Source of the DNA: an uncultured Gemmatimonadaceae bacterium
GTDB lineage: Bacteria; Gemmatimonadota; Gemmatimonadetes; Gemmatimonadales; Gemmatimonadaceae
DNA: 64,000 nucleotides
Direction of reading: 5' to 3'
NCBI GenBank assembly: GCA_963829055.1
Contig: CAWHHI010000019.1
Span: 1 to 64,000 of the forward strand
The notes beneath the pieces are model-generated. The model was not told the DNA's origin, did no database searches, and worked only from the letters and a program-made list of their open reading frames with translations. Every line of letters begins with the position of its first letter. Within the stretch, counting starts at the first letter, position 1. The position numbers were made by a program, and so were the translations under genes. This document shows, in pieces, positions 54,465 to 64,000 of this stretch.

Positions 54465-54886
54465 CAGTCCTTCACCTCGAGACCCATTGAGCGTGCCGCG
54501 CCGGCCACCATCGCCATCGCGGACTCGATCGAGTCACAGTTGAGATCGGGGAGTTTGATCTCCGCGATCTTGCGGACCTGCGCTTTCGTCACAGATCCGA
54601 CCTTGTTGCGGTTCGGCTGTCCGGACCCTTTCTCGATCCCCGCTTCCTTTTTCAGCAAGATGGCCGCGGGCGGCGTCTTGGTGATGAAGGTGAAGGATTT
54701 GTCCGCGTAGATCGTGACTTCGACCGGGAGGATCGTATCGAGGCCCTGCGTCCGAGAGTTGAACTCTTTGCAGAATGCCATGATGTTGATCCCCTGCGGG
54801 CCGAGGGCAGTACCCACGGGAGGGGCCGGATTCGCCTTTCCAGCTGGAATCTGGAGTTTGACGAATCCAGTGACCTTCTTTGCCAT
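54464..54886 (-). CDS. rplK: 50S ribosomal protein L11
   Basis: [26 protein letters not shown]. Confidence 0.98.
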   Translation of the reverse strand: MAKKVTGFVKLQIPAGKANPAPPVGTALGPQGINIMAFCKEFNSRTQGLDTILPVEVTIYADKSFTFITKTPPAAILLKKEAGIEKGSGQPNRNKVGSVTKAQVRKIAEIKLPDLNCDSIESAMAMVAGAARSMGLEVKD

Positions 54887-55179
54887 GCGAACTCCTCCGT
54901 GCTGCGCACGAGCCAGCAGCTATCGGCCATCAGCCATCAGCTGAATGCCTAACGCTGATCCAGCGGCGATTCGCCGATGGAATTCCGCGACAAACGCGGG
55001 TGCTCAGTGCGACGTGGCTCCCACCGTGTGATTAACGTCGTTGTGGTGTCCGACGGTGCGCTTCTCGCCGCGTAGCGGCCGCCCCGCGCAAAGGCCTGTA
55101 TGAGCATCGAGCAACACTTCCCTGAGCGTCGACGGATCACGCTCGCTCGGCCCACCCCTTCCCGTCTTTCTCGGTACGT

Positions 55180-55722
55180 CTAGTACCCCTTCAGCTGGAG
55201 GTAATCCAGCTCCACGCTCGTCGGCCGACCGAACAGGCTCACCGACACGCGCACCTTGCCCTTGTCCGGTATCACTTCCTCGACCGTTCCATTGAAATCC
55301 GTGAACGGTCCCTCGGTGATGGCGACGGCCTGGCCAATGAGGAACGGAATCTCTTCCTCTGGCTCTTCCTGCTCCGCCTCATCCGCGATACCGAGCAGAC
55401 GCTTGACCTCATCCGCGCGAAGCGGCTGCGGCAACCGATCGTGTCCTACAAACTTGATCACGCCCTGGATACCGTTGATGACGTGCAGTGTTTCCTGCGT
55501 CATCAACATCTCCACGAGCACGTAGCCGGGGTAAATCTTCCGCTCGACCGTAACCTTCTTGCCGTTCTTGATCTCGACGACTTCCTGCGTTGGCACGAGC
55601 GCCTGTCGAATGGCGCGCGCCTCGGCGGGCAGGTTGTCCTGCTCGATCTTCCGCTGGATGAGGGAACGGACCTTGTTCTCGTGACCGGCGGTCGTCTGGA
55701 TGGCGTACCAGCGGTGTTCCAC
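55180..55722 (-). CDS. nusG: Transcription termination/antitermination factor NusG
   Basis: WYAIQTTAGHENKV, YPGYVLVEM, GPFTDFNG, FGRPTSVEL; GTG start. Confidence 0.97.
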   Translation of the reverse strand: MEHRWYAIQTTAGHENKVRSLIQRKIEQDNLPAEARAIRQALVPTQEVVEIKNGKKVTVERKIYPGYVLVEMLMTQETLHVINGIQGVIKFVGHDRLPQPLRADEVKRLLGIADEAEQEEPEEEIPFLIGQAVAITEGPFTDFNGTVEEVIPDKGKVRVSVSLFGRPTSVELDYLQLKGY

Positions 55723-55727
55723 GGCGG

Positions 55728-55961
55728 TCAGCCCCCGAAGAGCGACGGAATCCAGCGGACGAGTACCTGCTGAAGGATCAGGTCCATCAGCCAGATCACG
55801 ATGCCGATGAACAGCGACAGCACGATGACGCCAATGGACAGTTGTCGAATCTGACCAACGTCCGGCCACGTCACCTTTTTCATCTCGATGACGACCTCGT
55901 TGTAGAGGGTCACGAGACGCGTGATGACGTTCGGCTTTGCAACCTGAGCGGCGGTGGCCAC
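55728..55961 (-). CDS. secE: Preprotein translocase SecE
   Basis: EMKKVTWP followed by one TM helix; between rpmG and nusG. Confidence 0.93.
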   Translation of the reverse strand: MATAAQVAKPNVITRLVTLYNEVVIEMKKVTWPDVGQIRQLSIGVIVLSLFIGIVIWLMDLILQQVLVRWIPSLFGG

Positions 55962-55963
55962 GG

Positions 55964-56116
55964 CTACTTCGTTTCCTTGTGGAGGATGTGCTTGTTGCAG
56001 CGTGGGCAGTACTTCTTCCACTCGACGCGCTCGGGATGCAGGCGCTTGTTCTTCGTGGTGAAGTAGTTCCGGTTTTTGCAGTCGCTGCAAGCGAGAATGA
56101 TTTTATCTCTGGGCAT
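55964..56116 (-). CDS. rpmG: 50S ribosomal protein L33 (zinc-binding form); not in the ORF track
   Basis: Translated by hand: [50 protein letters not shown]. Confidence 0.96.
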   Translation of the reverse strand: MPRDKIILACSDCKNRNYFTTKNKRLHPERVEWKKYCPRCNKHILHKETK

Positions 56117-56125
56117 TGGAATTCC

Positions 56126-57328
56126 CTATTTCAGAATCTTGGTCACTACACCCGCACCGACCGTTCTCCCACCCTCACGGATCGCGAAGCGTAGCTGTTC
56201 TTCCATCGCGATGGGCGTGATCAGGTCGATCGTCATCTGGACGTTGTCGCCGGGCATGACCATCTCCATCCCTTCGGGGAGCTCGACGGAACCGGTGACA
56301 TTGGTCGTACGGAAATAAAACTGGGGGCGGTAGCCCTTGAAGAACGGCGTGTGGCGGCCGCCCTCTTCCTTCGTGAGGACGTACACCTCGGCTTCGAACG
56401 TCGTGTGCGGCGTGATAGTGCCGGGCTTGGCCAGCACCATACCGCGCTCGATGTCCTCCTTGGCGACGCCACGGAGCAGGAGGCCGACGTTGTCGCCCGC
56501 CTCACCCGCGTCGAGCAGCTTCCGGAACATCTCGACGCCGGTGACGATGGTCCGCTTGTCGCTCGAGAATCCGACGACCGCGACCTCTTCACCGACCTTG
56601 ACGATACCACGGTCGATGCGACCCGTCGCCACCGTCCCTCGACCCGTGATCGAGAAGACATCCTCGACCGGCATGAGGAACGGCTGGTCCTTCTCGCGAA
56701 CGGGCTCGGGAATGTACGTGTCGAGCGCGGCGTACAGTTCCTCGATCTTCGCGACCCACTCTGACTTGCCGGCAATCGCGCCCGTGGCCGAGCCGCGAAC
56801 GACCGGGGTCTCGTCACCCGGAAACCCGTAGACCGACAGCAGCTCGCGAACCTCGAGCTCGACCAGATCGAGGAGCTCGGGGTCATCCACCATGTCGCAC
56901 TTGTTGAGGAACACGACGATGCGCGGCACGTTCACCTGACGGGCGAGCAGGATGTGCTCGCGCGTCTGCGGCATCGGGCCGTCCATGGCCGAGACCACCA
57001 GGATCGCGCCGTCCATCTGCGCGGCACCCGTGATCATGTTCTTCACGTAGTCGGCGTGCCCCGGGCAGTCGACGTGCGCGTAGTGGCGATTCGCCGTCTC
57101 GTACTCGACGTGGCTCGTCGCGATCGTCAGGATCTTCGTCGCGTCGCGACGGCCCTGGGACGCAGACGCCTTGGCCACTTCGTCATACGAGATGTACTTC
57201 GTCCCCCAGCCCTTGTCGGACGAGACTTTCGTCAACGCGGCAGTGGTGGTCGTCTTCCCGTGGTCGACGTGGCCAATGGTGCCAACGTTCACATGCGGCT
57301 TAGTCCGATCGAACTTTGCCTTGGCCAT
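56126..57328 (-). CDS. tuf: Elongation factor Tu (tRNA-operon copy)
   Basis: Full EF-Tu motif set; downstream of the Thr-Tyr-Gly-Thr tRNAs as in tufB loci. Confidence 0.99.
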   Translation of the reverse strand: MAKAKFDRTKPHVNVGTIGHVDHGKTTTTAALTKVSSDKGWGTKYISYDEVAKASASQGRRDATKILTIATSHVEYETANRHYAHVDCPGHADYVKNMITGAAQMDGAILVVSAMDGPMPQTREHILLARQVNVPRIVVFLNKCDMVDDPELLDLVELEVRELLSVYGFPGDETPVVRGSATGAIAGKSEWVAKIEELYAALDTYIPEPVREKDQPFLMPVEDVFSITGRGTVATGRIDRGIVKVGEEVAVVGFSSDKRTIVTGVEMFRKLLDAGEAGDNVGLLLRGVAKEDIERGMVLAKPGTITPHTTFEAEVYVLTKEEGGRHTPFFKGYRPQFYFRTTNVTGSVELPEGMEMVMPGDNVQMTIDLITPIAMEEQLRFAIREGGRTVGAGVVTKILK

Positions 57329-57504
57329 GCCCCTTTCTATACCTGCGGAAAGAATCGAAAACTCGAAAAGTGACGAGCGCGCTTCGACCGACCTCAGCGG
57401 TGCTGCCATGCAGCCGCAACCGGGCCGGTGCTCACGCACCCATCACGCAACTTCTCCACACGTCACTTTCACCTTCACATCCCTTACTTCTACTTCGCCT
57501 GCAG

Positions 57505-57577
57505 AGCTCACGATCGGGATTGAACCGATGACCTCACCCTTACCAAGGGTGTGCTCTACCAACTGAGCTACGTGAGC
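57505..57577 (-). tRNA. tRNA-Thr (GGT)
   Basis: GCTCACG acceptor stem, anticodon loop TTGGTAA, GGTTCAATCC T-arm; CCA not encoded. Confidence 0.96.
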
Positions 57578-57585
57578 AACGCACT

Positions 57586-57695
57586 GGGAATCGGGAATCG
57601 GGAATCGGGAATCGAACTGCCGACTCGATTCAGATACCTTGCGCCGCGAACTGTGAGTCTGGCTTCGATTCCCTATTCCCGATTCCCTATTCCCG
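57586..57695. repeat. Inverted heptamer array (GGGAATC)x4 / (.ATTCCC)x4 between tRNA-Gly and tRNA-Thr
   Basis: Directly visible; same unit as the array at 20754. Confidence 0.85.
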
Positions 57696-57700
57696 CAGAA

Positions 57701-57773
57701 AGCGGGAGACGGGGCTCGAACCCGCGACATCAAGCTTGGAAGGCTTGCGCTCTACCAACTGAGCTACTCCCGC
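57701..57773 (-). tRNA. tRNA-Gly (TCC)
   Basis: GCGGGAG acceptor stem, CTTCCAA loop, GGTTCGAGCC T-arm. Confidence 0.96.
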
Positions 57774-57843
57774 GACTCCAACAAGCCACCACCACGAGCA
57801 CCAGCGAAACCAACCTTCCACGCCAACCACCGGCGCCACCACA

Positions 57844-57926
57844 TGGTGGGGGTAGGATTCGAACCTACGAAGGCCGTAGCCGGCAGATTTACAGTCTGCT
57901 CCGTTTAGCCACTTCGGTACCCCACC
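57844..57926 (-). tRNA. tRNA-Tyr (GTA)
   Basis: GGTGGGG acceptor stem, CTGTAAA loop, long variable arm, GGTTCGAATCC. Confidence 0.96.
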
Positions 57927-57974
57927 CGAACGCGCACTACTCAGGGCCGCCGACGTCGCGACCTCGCCCTACAG

Positions 57975-58047
57975 AGCTGACGGCCAGAATCGAACTGGCA
58001 ACCTGCTGATTACAAATCAGCTGCTCTGCCAATTGAGCTACGTCAGC
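57975..58047 (-). tRNA. tRNA-Thr (TGT)
   Basis: GCTGACG acceptor stem, TTTGTAA loop, GTTCGATTC T-arm. Confidence 0.96.
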
Positions 58048-58073
58048 GACCGGCTCATTTGCGCGAGACTCGT

Positions 58074-58102
58074 AGGATAGTGGGCCCTTATTAGAGTGTC
58101 AA
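58074..58102 (-). promoter_or_regulatory. Sigma70 promoter of the tRNA-tuf operon
   Basis: TTGACA-17 nt-TATCCT on the minus strand. Confidence 0.75.
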
Positions 58103-58164
58103 GCAATTACAGGGCGCGGAATTAGAGGCAAGCTGGTGGCATGCCACCGGCGCCGGCCCGCCCG

Positions 58165-59661
58165 CTATGAAAACCGCTCCATCACCACCCCGCCCGGAGC
58201 GTCCTTCACCACGAATCCCCGCTCCTCCAGCTCCCCACGAATCCGGTCGGCCTCGGCGAACTGTCGCTCGCGCCGCGCAGCCTGTCTCGCCCGAAGCTGA
58301 GCCTCGCCGGATTCCAGGAGTGCGCGCTCGTCCGGCGACAATGCCGCGAGGTCGAGCGCACCGCCGTTGCGGTTGCCAACGGAAGTCCACTTCGCTTCGT
58401 CTCCCTGCAACGTGAGCCTCGCGATATGCGGACGGAGATCGAGAACGCCGTCGATCACGTCGAACGCTTCGCGCGCGCGCGCCAGCGCAGCGGCGTCCGT
58501 TCCGCGTTTGTCGAGCTCCGCGTTGCCACGAGTGATGAACGTGAATAGCGCACCGAGCGCCTCAGGCGCATTCAGATCATCGAACAGCGCCGCTCGCACT
58601 GCGGCCTCGGCCTCGTCGGCCGCCGTAGCCAACTCGGGCGTCCCGCCCGTCGCGTCATCGAGCCGCGACGCGAATTCGCCGATGCGGCGAACCGCTTCCA
58701 TCGACGCCTCGAGCGCCACACCGGAGAGGTTCAGCTGCTTTCTATAGTGTGTCGAGTACACGAAGTGCCGAACGGCCGCAGCCGACACGCCCTGCTCGCG
58801 AAGGTCCTTCACGTTCGACACGTTGCCCACGCGCTTCGCCATCTTCGCGCCGTCGGTGAGCAGGAACTCGCCGTGGCACCACACGCGCGAGAACGGCTTG
58901 CCCGTCGCCGCTTCCGACTGCGCGATCTCGTCCTCGTGATGCGGGAAGACGAGGTCCACACCGCCGCAATGCAGGTCGAGCGTCTCGCCGAGGTACTTCA
59001 TGGCCATGGCCGAGCACTCGAGGTGCCACCCCGGGCGCCCGCGGCCCCACGGTGAGTCCCAGGCGGCACCCGCTGCCTCATCCTCGGGCTTGGCCGCTTT
59101 CCATAACGCGAAGTCCTGCGCGTTCTCCTTCGAGTAATCGTCCTGCGCGACGCGCGCGCCCGATTTGATCTCGCGCGTGTCCAGTCGAGAAAGCCGACCA
59201 TACTCCGGAAAGCGATCGATCGCGAAGTACACAGAGCCATCCTCGGCCAGATACGCGACACCGCGTTTCATCAGCCGCTCCACGAGCTCGATCATCTCCG
59301 GAATCGTCTCGGTCGCCTTCGGATACACCTCGGCGTCCTCGATGCGGAGGTACGCGCGATCGGCGTGGAAGATCTCGACGATCGGCTCCGTCACCTGCGT
59401 GATCGTGCGTCCAGTCTGACTCGCCCGCGTTATGATCTTGTCATCGACGTCCGTGAGATTCATTACCTGCTTCACGCCCCAGCCGCGAAGGCGGAGCGTG
59501 CGACGCAGCAGGTCCTCGAACAGGAACGTGCGAAAGTTCCCGAGGTGCGCGGGATTGTAGACGGTCGGACCGCACGTGTACATCGAGACCGTGTGGCCGT
59601 CCGCGGGCGCGAACGGTTCGGTCGTTCGCGTGAGAGTGTTGTAGAGCCTGAACTCGGACAT
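58165..59661 (-). CDS. cysS: Cysteinyl-tRNA synthetase
   Basis: LYNTLTR, YTCGPTVY, HLGN, DFALWK, GRPGWHLECSAM, FPHHEDEIAQSE, KMAKR. Confidence 0.97.
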   Translation of the reverse strand: MSEFRLYNTLTRTTEPFAPADGHTVSMYTCGPTVYNPAHLGNFRTFLFEDLLRRTLRLRGWGVKQVMNLTDVDDKIITRASQTGRTITQVTEPIVEIFHADRAYLRIEDAEVYPKATETIPEMIELVERLMKRGVAYLAEDGSVYFAIDRFPEYGRLSRLDTREIKSGARVAQDDYSKENAQDFALWKAAKPEDEAAGAAWDSPWGRGRPGWHLECSAMAMKYLGETLDLHCGGVDLVFPHHEDEIAQSEAATGKPFSRVWCHGEFLLTDGAKMAKRVGNVSNVKDLREQGVSAAAVRHFVYSTHYRKQLNLSGVALEASMEAVRRIGEFASRLDDATGGTPELATAADEAEAAVRAALFDDLNAPEALGALFTFITRGNAELDKRGTDAAALARAREAFDVIDGVLDLRPHIARLTLQGDEAKWTSVGNRNGGALDLAALSPDERALLESGEAQLRARQAARRERQFAEADRIRGELEERGFVVKDAPGGVVMERFS

Positions 59662-59732
59662 GTCGTTCGGATGGGCGCGACGCTCGGGAGCACCCATCCG
59701 ACACGATCGGGCGGCGGGCGCGGTCGCGTAAT

Positions 59733-60569
59733 CTAGCGTGCACTGTTTTCCTGCGCCGACAATGGCGGTGAGAGCTCTGCTACACGGGCGCGCGGCGCGT
59801 GCAGCGATGTCTCGTGAGGCGCACCATTTGGCAAGGGCGCCGCGGCACGTCGCGCCGCGAGTGCCGGGCGCTCCGAGATCGACTCGAGACGTCCGCCGGC
59901 GAGCGAGAGGAATCGCGTTTCCGGTTGCGACGGGAAAGCATCGAGCGCTGCGAGACGCGCTGCGAGCCGACCAGCGATCACGACCGCCGCCCCTTCCCTC
60001 GCGAGGCCGCGCAGCACCGCGAGCAGTTCCGCCGCGGTATCCGCGTCGTAGCCCGGAGCGAGGTCGTCGACGAGCACGAGCCGCGGCCGCGCCAGTAGCG
60101 ATGAAGCGACCGCAAGGCGCGCGAGTGCGCTGCCATCGATCTCGTCGACCCGACGGTCCGCGATAGCGCCAAGGCCTGTGCGTTCGAGCGCGCACGCGAC
60201 GCGGTCGGCCCCATCGCGCACCGGAAGATCGCGGACGATAGCCGCGTACTCGAGTGCTTCACGGATATTGAGGAAGCCGTAGGGGAATGGGCGATCACCG
60301 GCGTACGCGATGCCGTCGGGTCGCGAGGAGAAGTCGCGTCGCGCGGGTCCGCCGAACCACGAAATCGATCCCCGGTCAGGCCGAAGCAATCCGCCAGCGC
60401 ACATGAGCAGCGTGGTCTTGCCGCTCGCACCGGCAGCGACGATGCCGACGATCTCGCCGGAGGACACATCGAGTTGTATGTCGCGCAGCACGGAGACGGT
60501 GGCGGAGCACCCGCGCACGCCAGCCTCGTACGACTTCCACACGCCGCGCATCGAAAGGCAGTCGCTCAT
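59733..60569 (-). CDS. Stand-alone, degenerate ABC-ATPase-like protein
   Basis: Walker A GASGKTT; signature replaced by IDGSA; Walker B LVLVDD; no H-loop His. Confidence 0.7.
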   Translation of the reverse strand: MSDCLSMRGVWKSYEAGVRGCSATVSVLRDIQLDVSSGEIVGIVAAGASGKTTLLMCAGGLLRPDRGSISWFGGPARRDFSSRPDGIAYAGDRPFPYGFLNIREALEYAAIVRDLPVRDGADRVACALERTGLGAIADRRVDEIDGSALARLAVASSLLARPRLVLVDDLAPGYDADTAAELLAVLRGLAREGAAVVIAGRLAARLAALDAFPSQPETRFLSLAGGRLESISERPALAARRAAAPLPNGAPHETSLHAPRARVAELSPPLSAQENSAR

Positions 60570-60634
60570 GGTACGCGACGATACTGCAGTGCGTCGCGTC
60601 GTGCGTCATCGCGCGAACGCGTGCGTAAGCCGGT

Positions 60635-61826
60635 TTACGCGGCGACGCGTGGTATCTCGGCGATGACGTCGAGGTCCGGCGCGTTCGTCACGAGGACTCC
60701 GCCCTCCGGCGCGGGCACACGCAGCACGAGCGCGCGGTCGCGTGACGCTCGTCGGAAGCCGTGTCCTTCGTAGATGCGGTTGATCAGGATTCGCCGCAGC
60801 ACGACCATCACGACCGCGAGCGTCGGCACGGCGACGAGCAGTCCTATGGGGCCGAGCAGACTGCCGACGACGAGCACCGACATGATCGTCAGCACTGGCG
60901 GGAGCTCGACCTTCTTCGCCGTGATGAGCGGGATGACGAGATTACTCTCGATCAGGTGAATGACGATGCCGAGCAGCAGGACGAGCACCGCGTGCCCGGG
61001 TCCGCCGAAGCCGGCAAAGCCATCGCCGCCTAACACGATGAGCGCCGGGATCAGCGTCGAAATGAGCGTCCCGAAGAACGGAATGATCGCGACCGCGCCG
61101 GTGAACACCCCGAACGTGAGGTAGTACGGCACGCCGAGCAGCGACAGGCCTAACGCGGTGAGCACGGCGAGCACGACCATCGCCAGCAGCTGGCCGACGA
61201 TCCAGGCGCGGAGCGTCGTCCGCAGATCCCCGAGCACATCGCGAACGAGATCGCGGTGAATGGGCGGGAACAGCGCAATCACCCACTCGCGGTACAATCC
61301 CGGATACGCCGCCAGATAGATGGACATCACGGCGACGGAGAAGACGTTGATGCCGGCGTGCACGACCCCAACGACCTTCGGCACCACGCTGCCGAGCGGC
61401 CCGGTGACCGCCTCGTAGACGGCGTTCATCAAGGGGTGCTCGCCTGGCCGCCACATGTCGCTCAGCGCCGGGTACCGCGCCACGATGCGTCCGATCGCCA
61501 GCTCCCAGCCCTCCACCGCCTGCGGCAGCACCCTAACGAGTTGCTGCGTCTGTTCCACCACCGGCGGAACGAGCAGCCGGAAGAGCGTGACGATAGCCGC
61601 CAGCGTGAGGATGATCGGCTCCGGCGAGGGCAAAACGCGGGGACAGCCGCAGACGGTGTTGGAACACCTCCGCGACTGCCCCCAGATACAGCGAGATCAG
61701 TACCGCGACGAACAACAGCAGGAAAATGCTCGCCGTCTTCCCGAAGAGAAACAGCAGGAGGACAGTGAGAACGGTCGCCGTGAGAATCGGGGCAAACCGG
61801 AACCGCCGCGGTACGGTGACGGTCAA
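60635..61826 (-). CDS. AI-2E (PerM) family transporter; apparent indel near 61630
   Basis: AWIVGQL, IIPFFG, ESNLVIP, GPIGLLVAVP; N-terminal TM helices in a second frame. Confidence 0.88.
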
Positions 61827-62632
61827 GGCGTCTTCCGTCCGTCCGACGAGTCGTCGTCCTCGATCTCGGCGTGCACTTCCTCTTCATTGGCGTTGTTCGC
61901 CCGCGTGCCGCCGGCACCGATCTGCTTGTTCGGCGCCGACTGACCGGCGCCGAGCATGCCCATCTTCTGCTTGAGGGCCAGGAGCTGCATGTCGGCGCTC
62001 ATGGACCCGGCGCTCTTCTCGAGCTGCTTGAAATCCTTGGCGAGGCGATCGCCCTGGAACTCTTCATCGATCTCGGCGGACGCCTTGATCTGGCGCTCGT
62101 TCTGGTCGATGCGCTCCTCCATCCGGGCAAACGCTTCGAATGCCGATTTCTCGGAGAGCGACGACATTGTTTCGGCGATGCGCTTCTGGGCCTGCGCGCG
62201 GCGCTGGCGCGCGAGCAGCAGGTTCTTCTTGCGCTTCGCTTCTTCGATCTTGTCGTTGAGGTCACGGAGCGAGGCCTTGAGCTTTTCGGTCTCGGCCTGG
62301 TGGGACTGCCAGGTGAGCTCGAGCTGCTCGGCGTGCTGGGCGTGCTCGCCCTGCCTAACGAGGGCCTGTTTGGCGAGGTCGTCGCGGCCTTCCTGCACCG
62401 CGAGCATCGCGCGCTTCTCCCAGTCCTCGGACTGGCGGCGCTCGGAGTCGGCCTGGTCGCGGAGGCGTTTCTCGTCGGCGATCGCCGCGGCCACCTGCTG
62501 CTTGGCCTTGGCGAGCTGCGAGCGCATGTCGACGAGAATCTGATTCAGCATCTTCTCCGGATTCTCGGCGGAGGAGATGATGTCGTTGATGTTCGAGCGC
62601 AGCAGCGTCGAAAGGCGGTCGAAGATACCCAT
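61823..62632 (-). CDS. PspA/IM30 family protein
   Basis: MGIFDRLSTLLRSNIN...AENPEKMLNQ, coiled coil, AFARMEERI. Confidence 0.93.
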   Translation of the reverse strand: MGIFDRLSTLLRSNINDIISSAENPEKMLNQILVDMRSQLAKAKQQVAAAIADEKRLRDQADSERRQSEDWEKRAMLAVQEGRDDLAKQALVRQGEHAQHAEQLELTWQSHQAETEKLKASLRDLNDKIEEAKRKKNLLLARQRRAQAQKRIAETMSSLSEKSAFEAFARMEERIDQNERQIKASAEIDEEFQGDRLAKDFKQLEKSAGSMSADMQLLALKQKMGMLGAGQSAPNKQIGAGGTRANNANEEEVHAEIEDDDSSDGRKTP

Positions 62633-62634
62633 GC

Positions 62635-63039
62635 TCAGCGTCCCTCGCGGTACGATGCGAACTCGCGCAGATGCGACGCGAGTGCGAGTGTCATGCTCTC
62701 GTAGGCGGCCAGGAACTCCTCGTAGTCGAGGTGTTCGAGCTCGAGCGCCTCAGTCAGGACGATCGAGTTCTGGGAGATGCCGTAGGCGCCGTGCACGAGA
62801 TCGTTGGCGTTCAGTTCGAGAAGGCGGCGGTTCAGATCGGCGCACCTACCGTCGTCATCCGGGACGTTCATGACCTTCACCCGGAGCAGGACGACCGGCG
62901 GGGAGTAGTGGACTACGACGTCCAGCTCGAGCGGGCCACCGGGGCGGACGACCCAGAGTCCCTGCTCGACTTCCTCGTAGTTCGCGCCCTCCGCGGTGAG
63001 GCGATCGAGAAAACTTTCGATATCGTCACGAGTGAGCAT
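62635..63039 (-). CDS. YbjN/CesT-like chaperone-fold protein
   Basis: MLTRDDIESFL start; RRLLELNANDLVHGAYG; directly upstream of the PspA-family gene. Confidence 0.75.
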   Translation of the reverse strand: MLTRDDIESFLDRLTAEGANYEEVEQGLWVVRPGGPLELDVVVHYSPPVVLLRVKVMNVPDDDGRCADLNRRLLELNANDLVHGAYGISQNSIVLTEALELEHLDYEEFLAAYESMTLALASHLREFASYREGR

Positions 63040-63201
63040 AGCGTTCCTGTGGATGGCCAGATGTCGATTCCCTACGGCGGCTCGGCTCGGCTGTTTCGGC
63101 GCTGGCGGAGATCCACGCGATCCGCCGGACCTCGACGCGAGGCAGAAACGAACGCCCAACGTGGCGCGTGGCAGGAAGATAGCTCGCGCGTTGTTCGACG
63201 C

Positions 63202-64000
63202 CTAGAAGCCACGCAGCACGCTCGGCGTCGACGTCGCGAACCAGACGAGGCCATCAAAGTCGCCGGGTAGGATCGTCGCCAGGTACGTCGCATCGTCGCT
63301 GACCCTCTCGTACACCTCGGTGACCTCGCGGAGTTTGAGCGGTCCGAGCAGGCTGGCGGCACCGGCGCCGCCAGCGGGAATCTTGCGCGCGTCGAGCAAC
63401 AGCCTCGGTAGACCCGTCGCGGCAAAGGCCGACTCGTACGTATTCGACTTGATCGGACCAACCGCAATCCGCTGGACTGGGCCTCCGGGCGTCGTCGCGT
63501 TCACTGCACCGGTGCCGAAGAACTGACCAATGGGACGATACGTGGCCCCGTAACGCGTCTGGAGGAAGCTGCCCATCCTCTGCGGGGCGCGGATCACGTG
63601 GAGGTTGTGCGCCCAGAGCATCATGCGAGCGTTTGGGAGCTGGTCGAGCCACCAGCCCGCATTCTCGGCCATCGCGCGATCGCGGAACGAAGGGCCGGTA
63701 CTGTTCGCCTCCTCCCATTGCTCGACGAGACGAGCGGATTGTCTCAGCAGAGCGAACGCGCCGTCATCGATCCGACCCGCCCAATCGCTTCGGGCACCGT
63801 CGAGCGTCGGGATGACATCGTGGACCGGAGCCTTACAGGTGCGGTAGGCTGAGACAAAGTAATTGCGCAGCCCGAACACGGCCCCGCGGTTGCGGTAGGG
63901 GCCGAGGCACTCGTAGCCCGCCCGAATAGCGTCACCACGGGCGGGGTCGATCCGCGACACGATTGCGACCACGCTATCGATCGCCGCTCCAGGGAATTGC
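63202..64000 (-). CDS. Erythromycin esterase family protein, C-terminal part (start outside the window)
   Basis: RDRAMAEN...MLWAHNLHV, MGSFL...YG..Y..IG, FDGLVW. Confidence 0.8.
   Translation of the reverse strand, partial: QFPGAAIDSVVAIVSRIDPARGDAIRAGYECLGPYRNRGAVFGLRNYFVSAYRTCKAPVHDVIPTLDGARSDWAGRIDDGAFALLRQSARLVEQWEEANSTGPSFRDRAMAENAGWWLDQLPNARMMLWAHNLHVIRAPQRMGSFLQTRYGATYRPIGQFFGTGAVNATTPGGPVQRIAVGPIKSNTYESAFAATGLPRLLLDARKIPAGGAGAASLLGPLKLREVTEVYERVSDDATYLATILPGDFDGLVWFATSTPSVLRGF

Noticed and set aside
63202..64000. Erythromycin esterase family gene as a macrolide resistance determinant
   Set aside because: The family is broad, the gene is partial and there is no mobile context; function cannot be inferred.

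Overview
The window joins two unrelated genomic segments at about 10160. Bases 1-~10160 have moderate GC (mid-50s % by eye) and look like Verrucomicrobia/Chthoniobacterales housekeeping DNA: serS, ArnT-type glycosyltransferase, cyclase, lpxB, Gfo/Idh/MocA, fcl and a truncated ribB, with several REP/MITE-like palindromes, some lying inside coding sequence. Bases ~10161-64000 are high GC (about two-thirds by eye) and look like Gemmatimonadota: truncated purA, pilT, trpS, ftcD, the map-adk-secY-spc-S10-tuf-fusA block, rpsG/rpsL, rpoC/rpoB, rplL/J/A/K, nusG, secE, rpmG, a second tuf, four tRNAs, cysS and pspA. Both taxonomic calls are impressions from protein style, not search results. Single-base frameshifts in many essential genes point to uncorrected long-read indels. 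Main hunting results: (1) the non-palindromic motif YGTTAGGC/GCCTAACR occurs at least 32 times on both strands of the high-GC segment and forces rare codons in three different phases into rpoB, rpoC, fusA, secY and ribosomal protein genes, suggesting an undescribed DNA-level signal. (2) An incomplete lasso-peptide-type island (RRE + B2 peptidase + kinase remnant + ABC exporter; no cyclase or intact precursor) splits the str operon between rpsG and fusA. (3) fusA has its own promoter and a ~400-nt leader ending in an attenuator-like hairpin. (4) A terminator hairpin sits at the predicted transcription start of purA. (5) The two EF-Tu paralogs are unusually divergent. (6) There are inverted heptamer-array elements, plus RGG-rich and histone-like ribosomal protein extensions.
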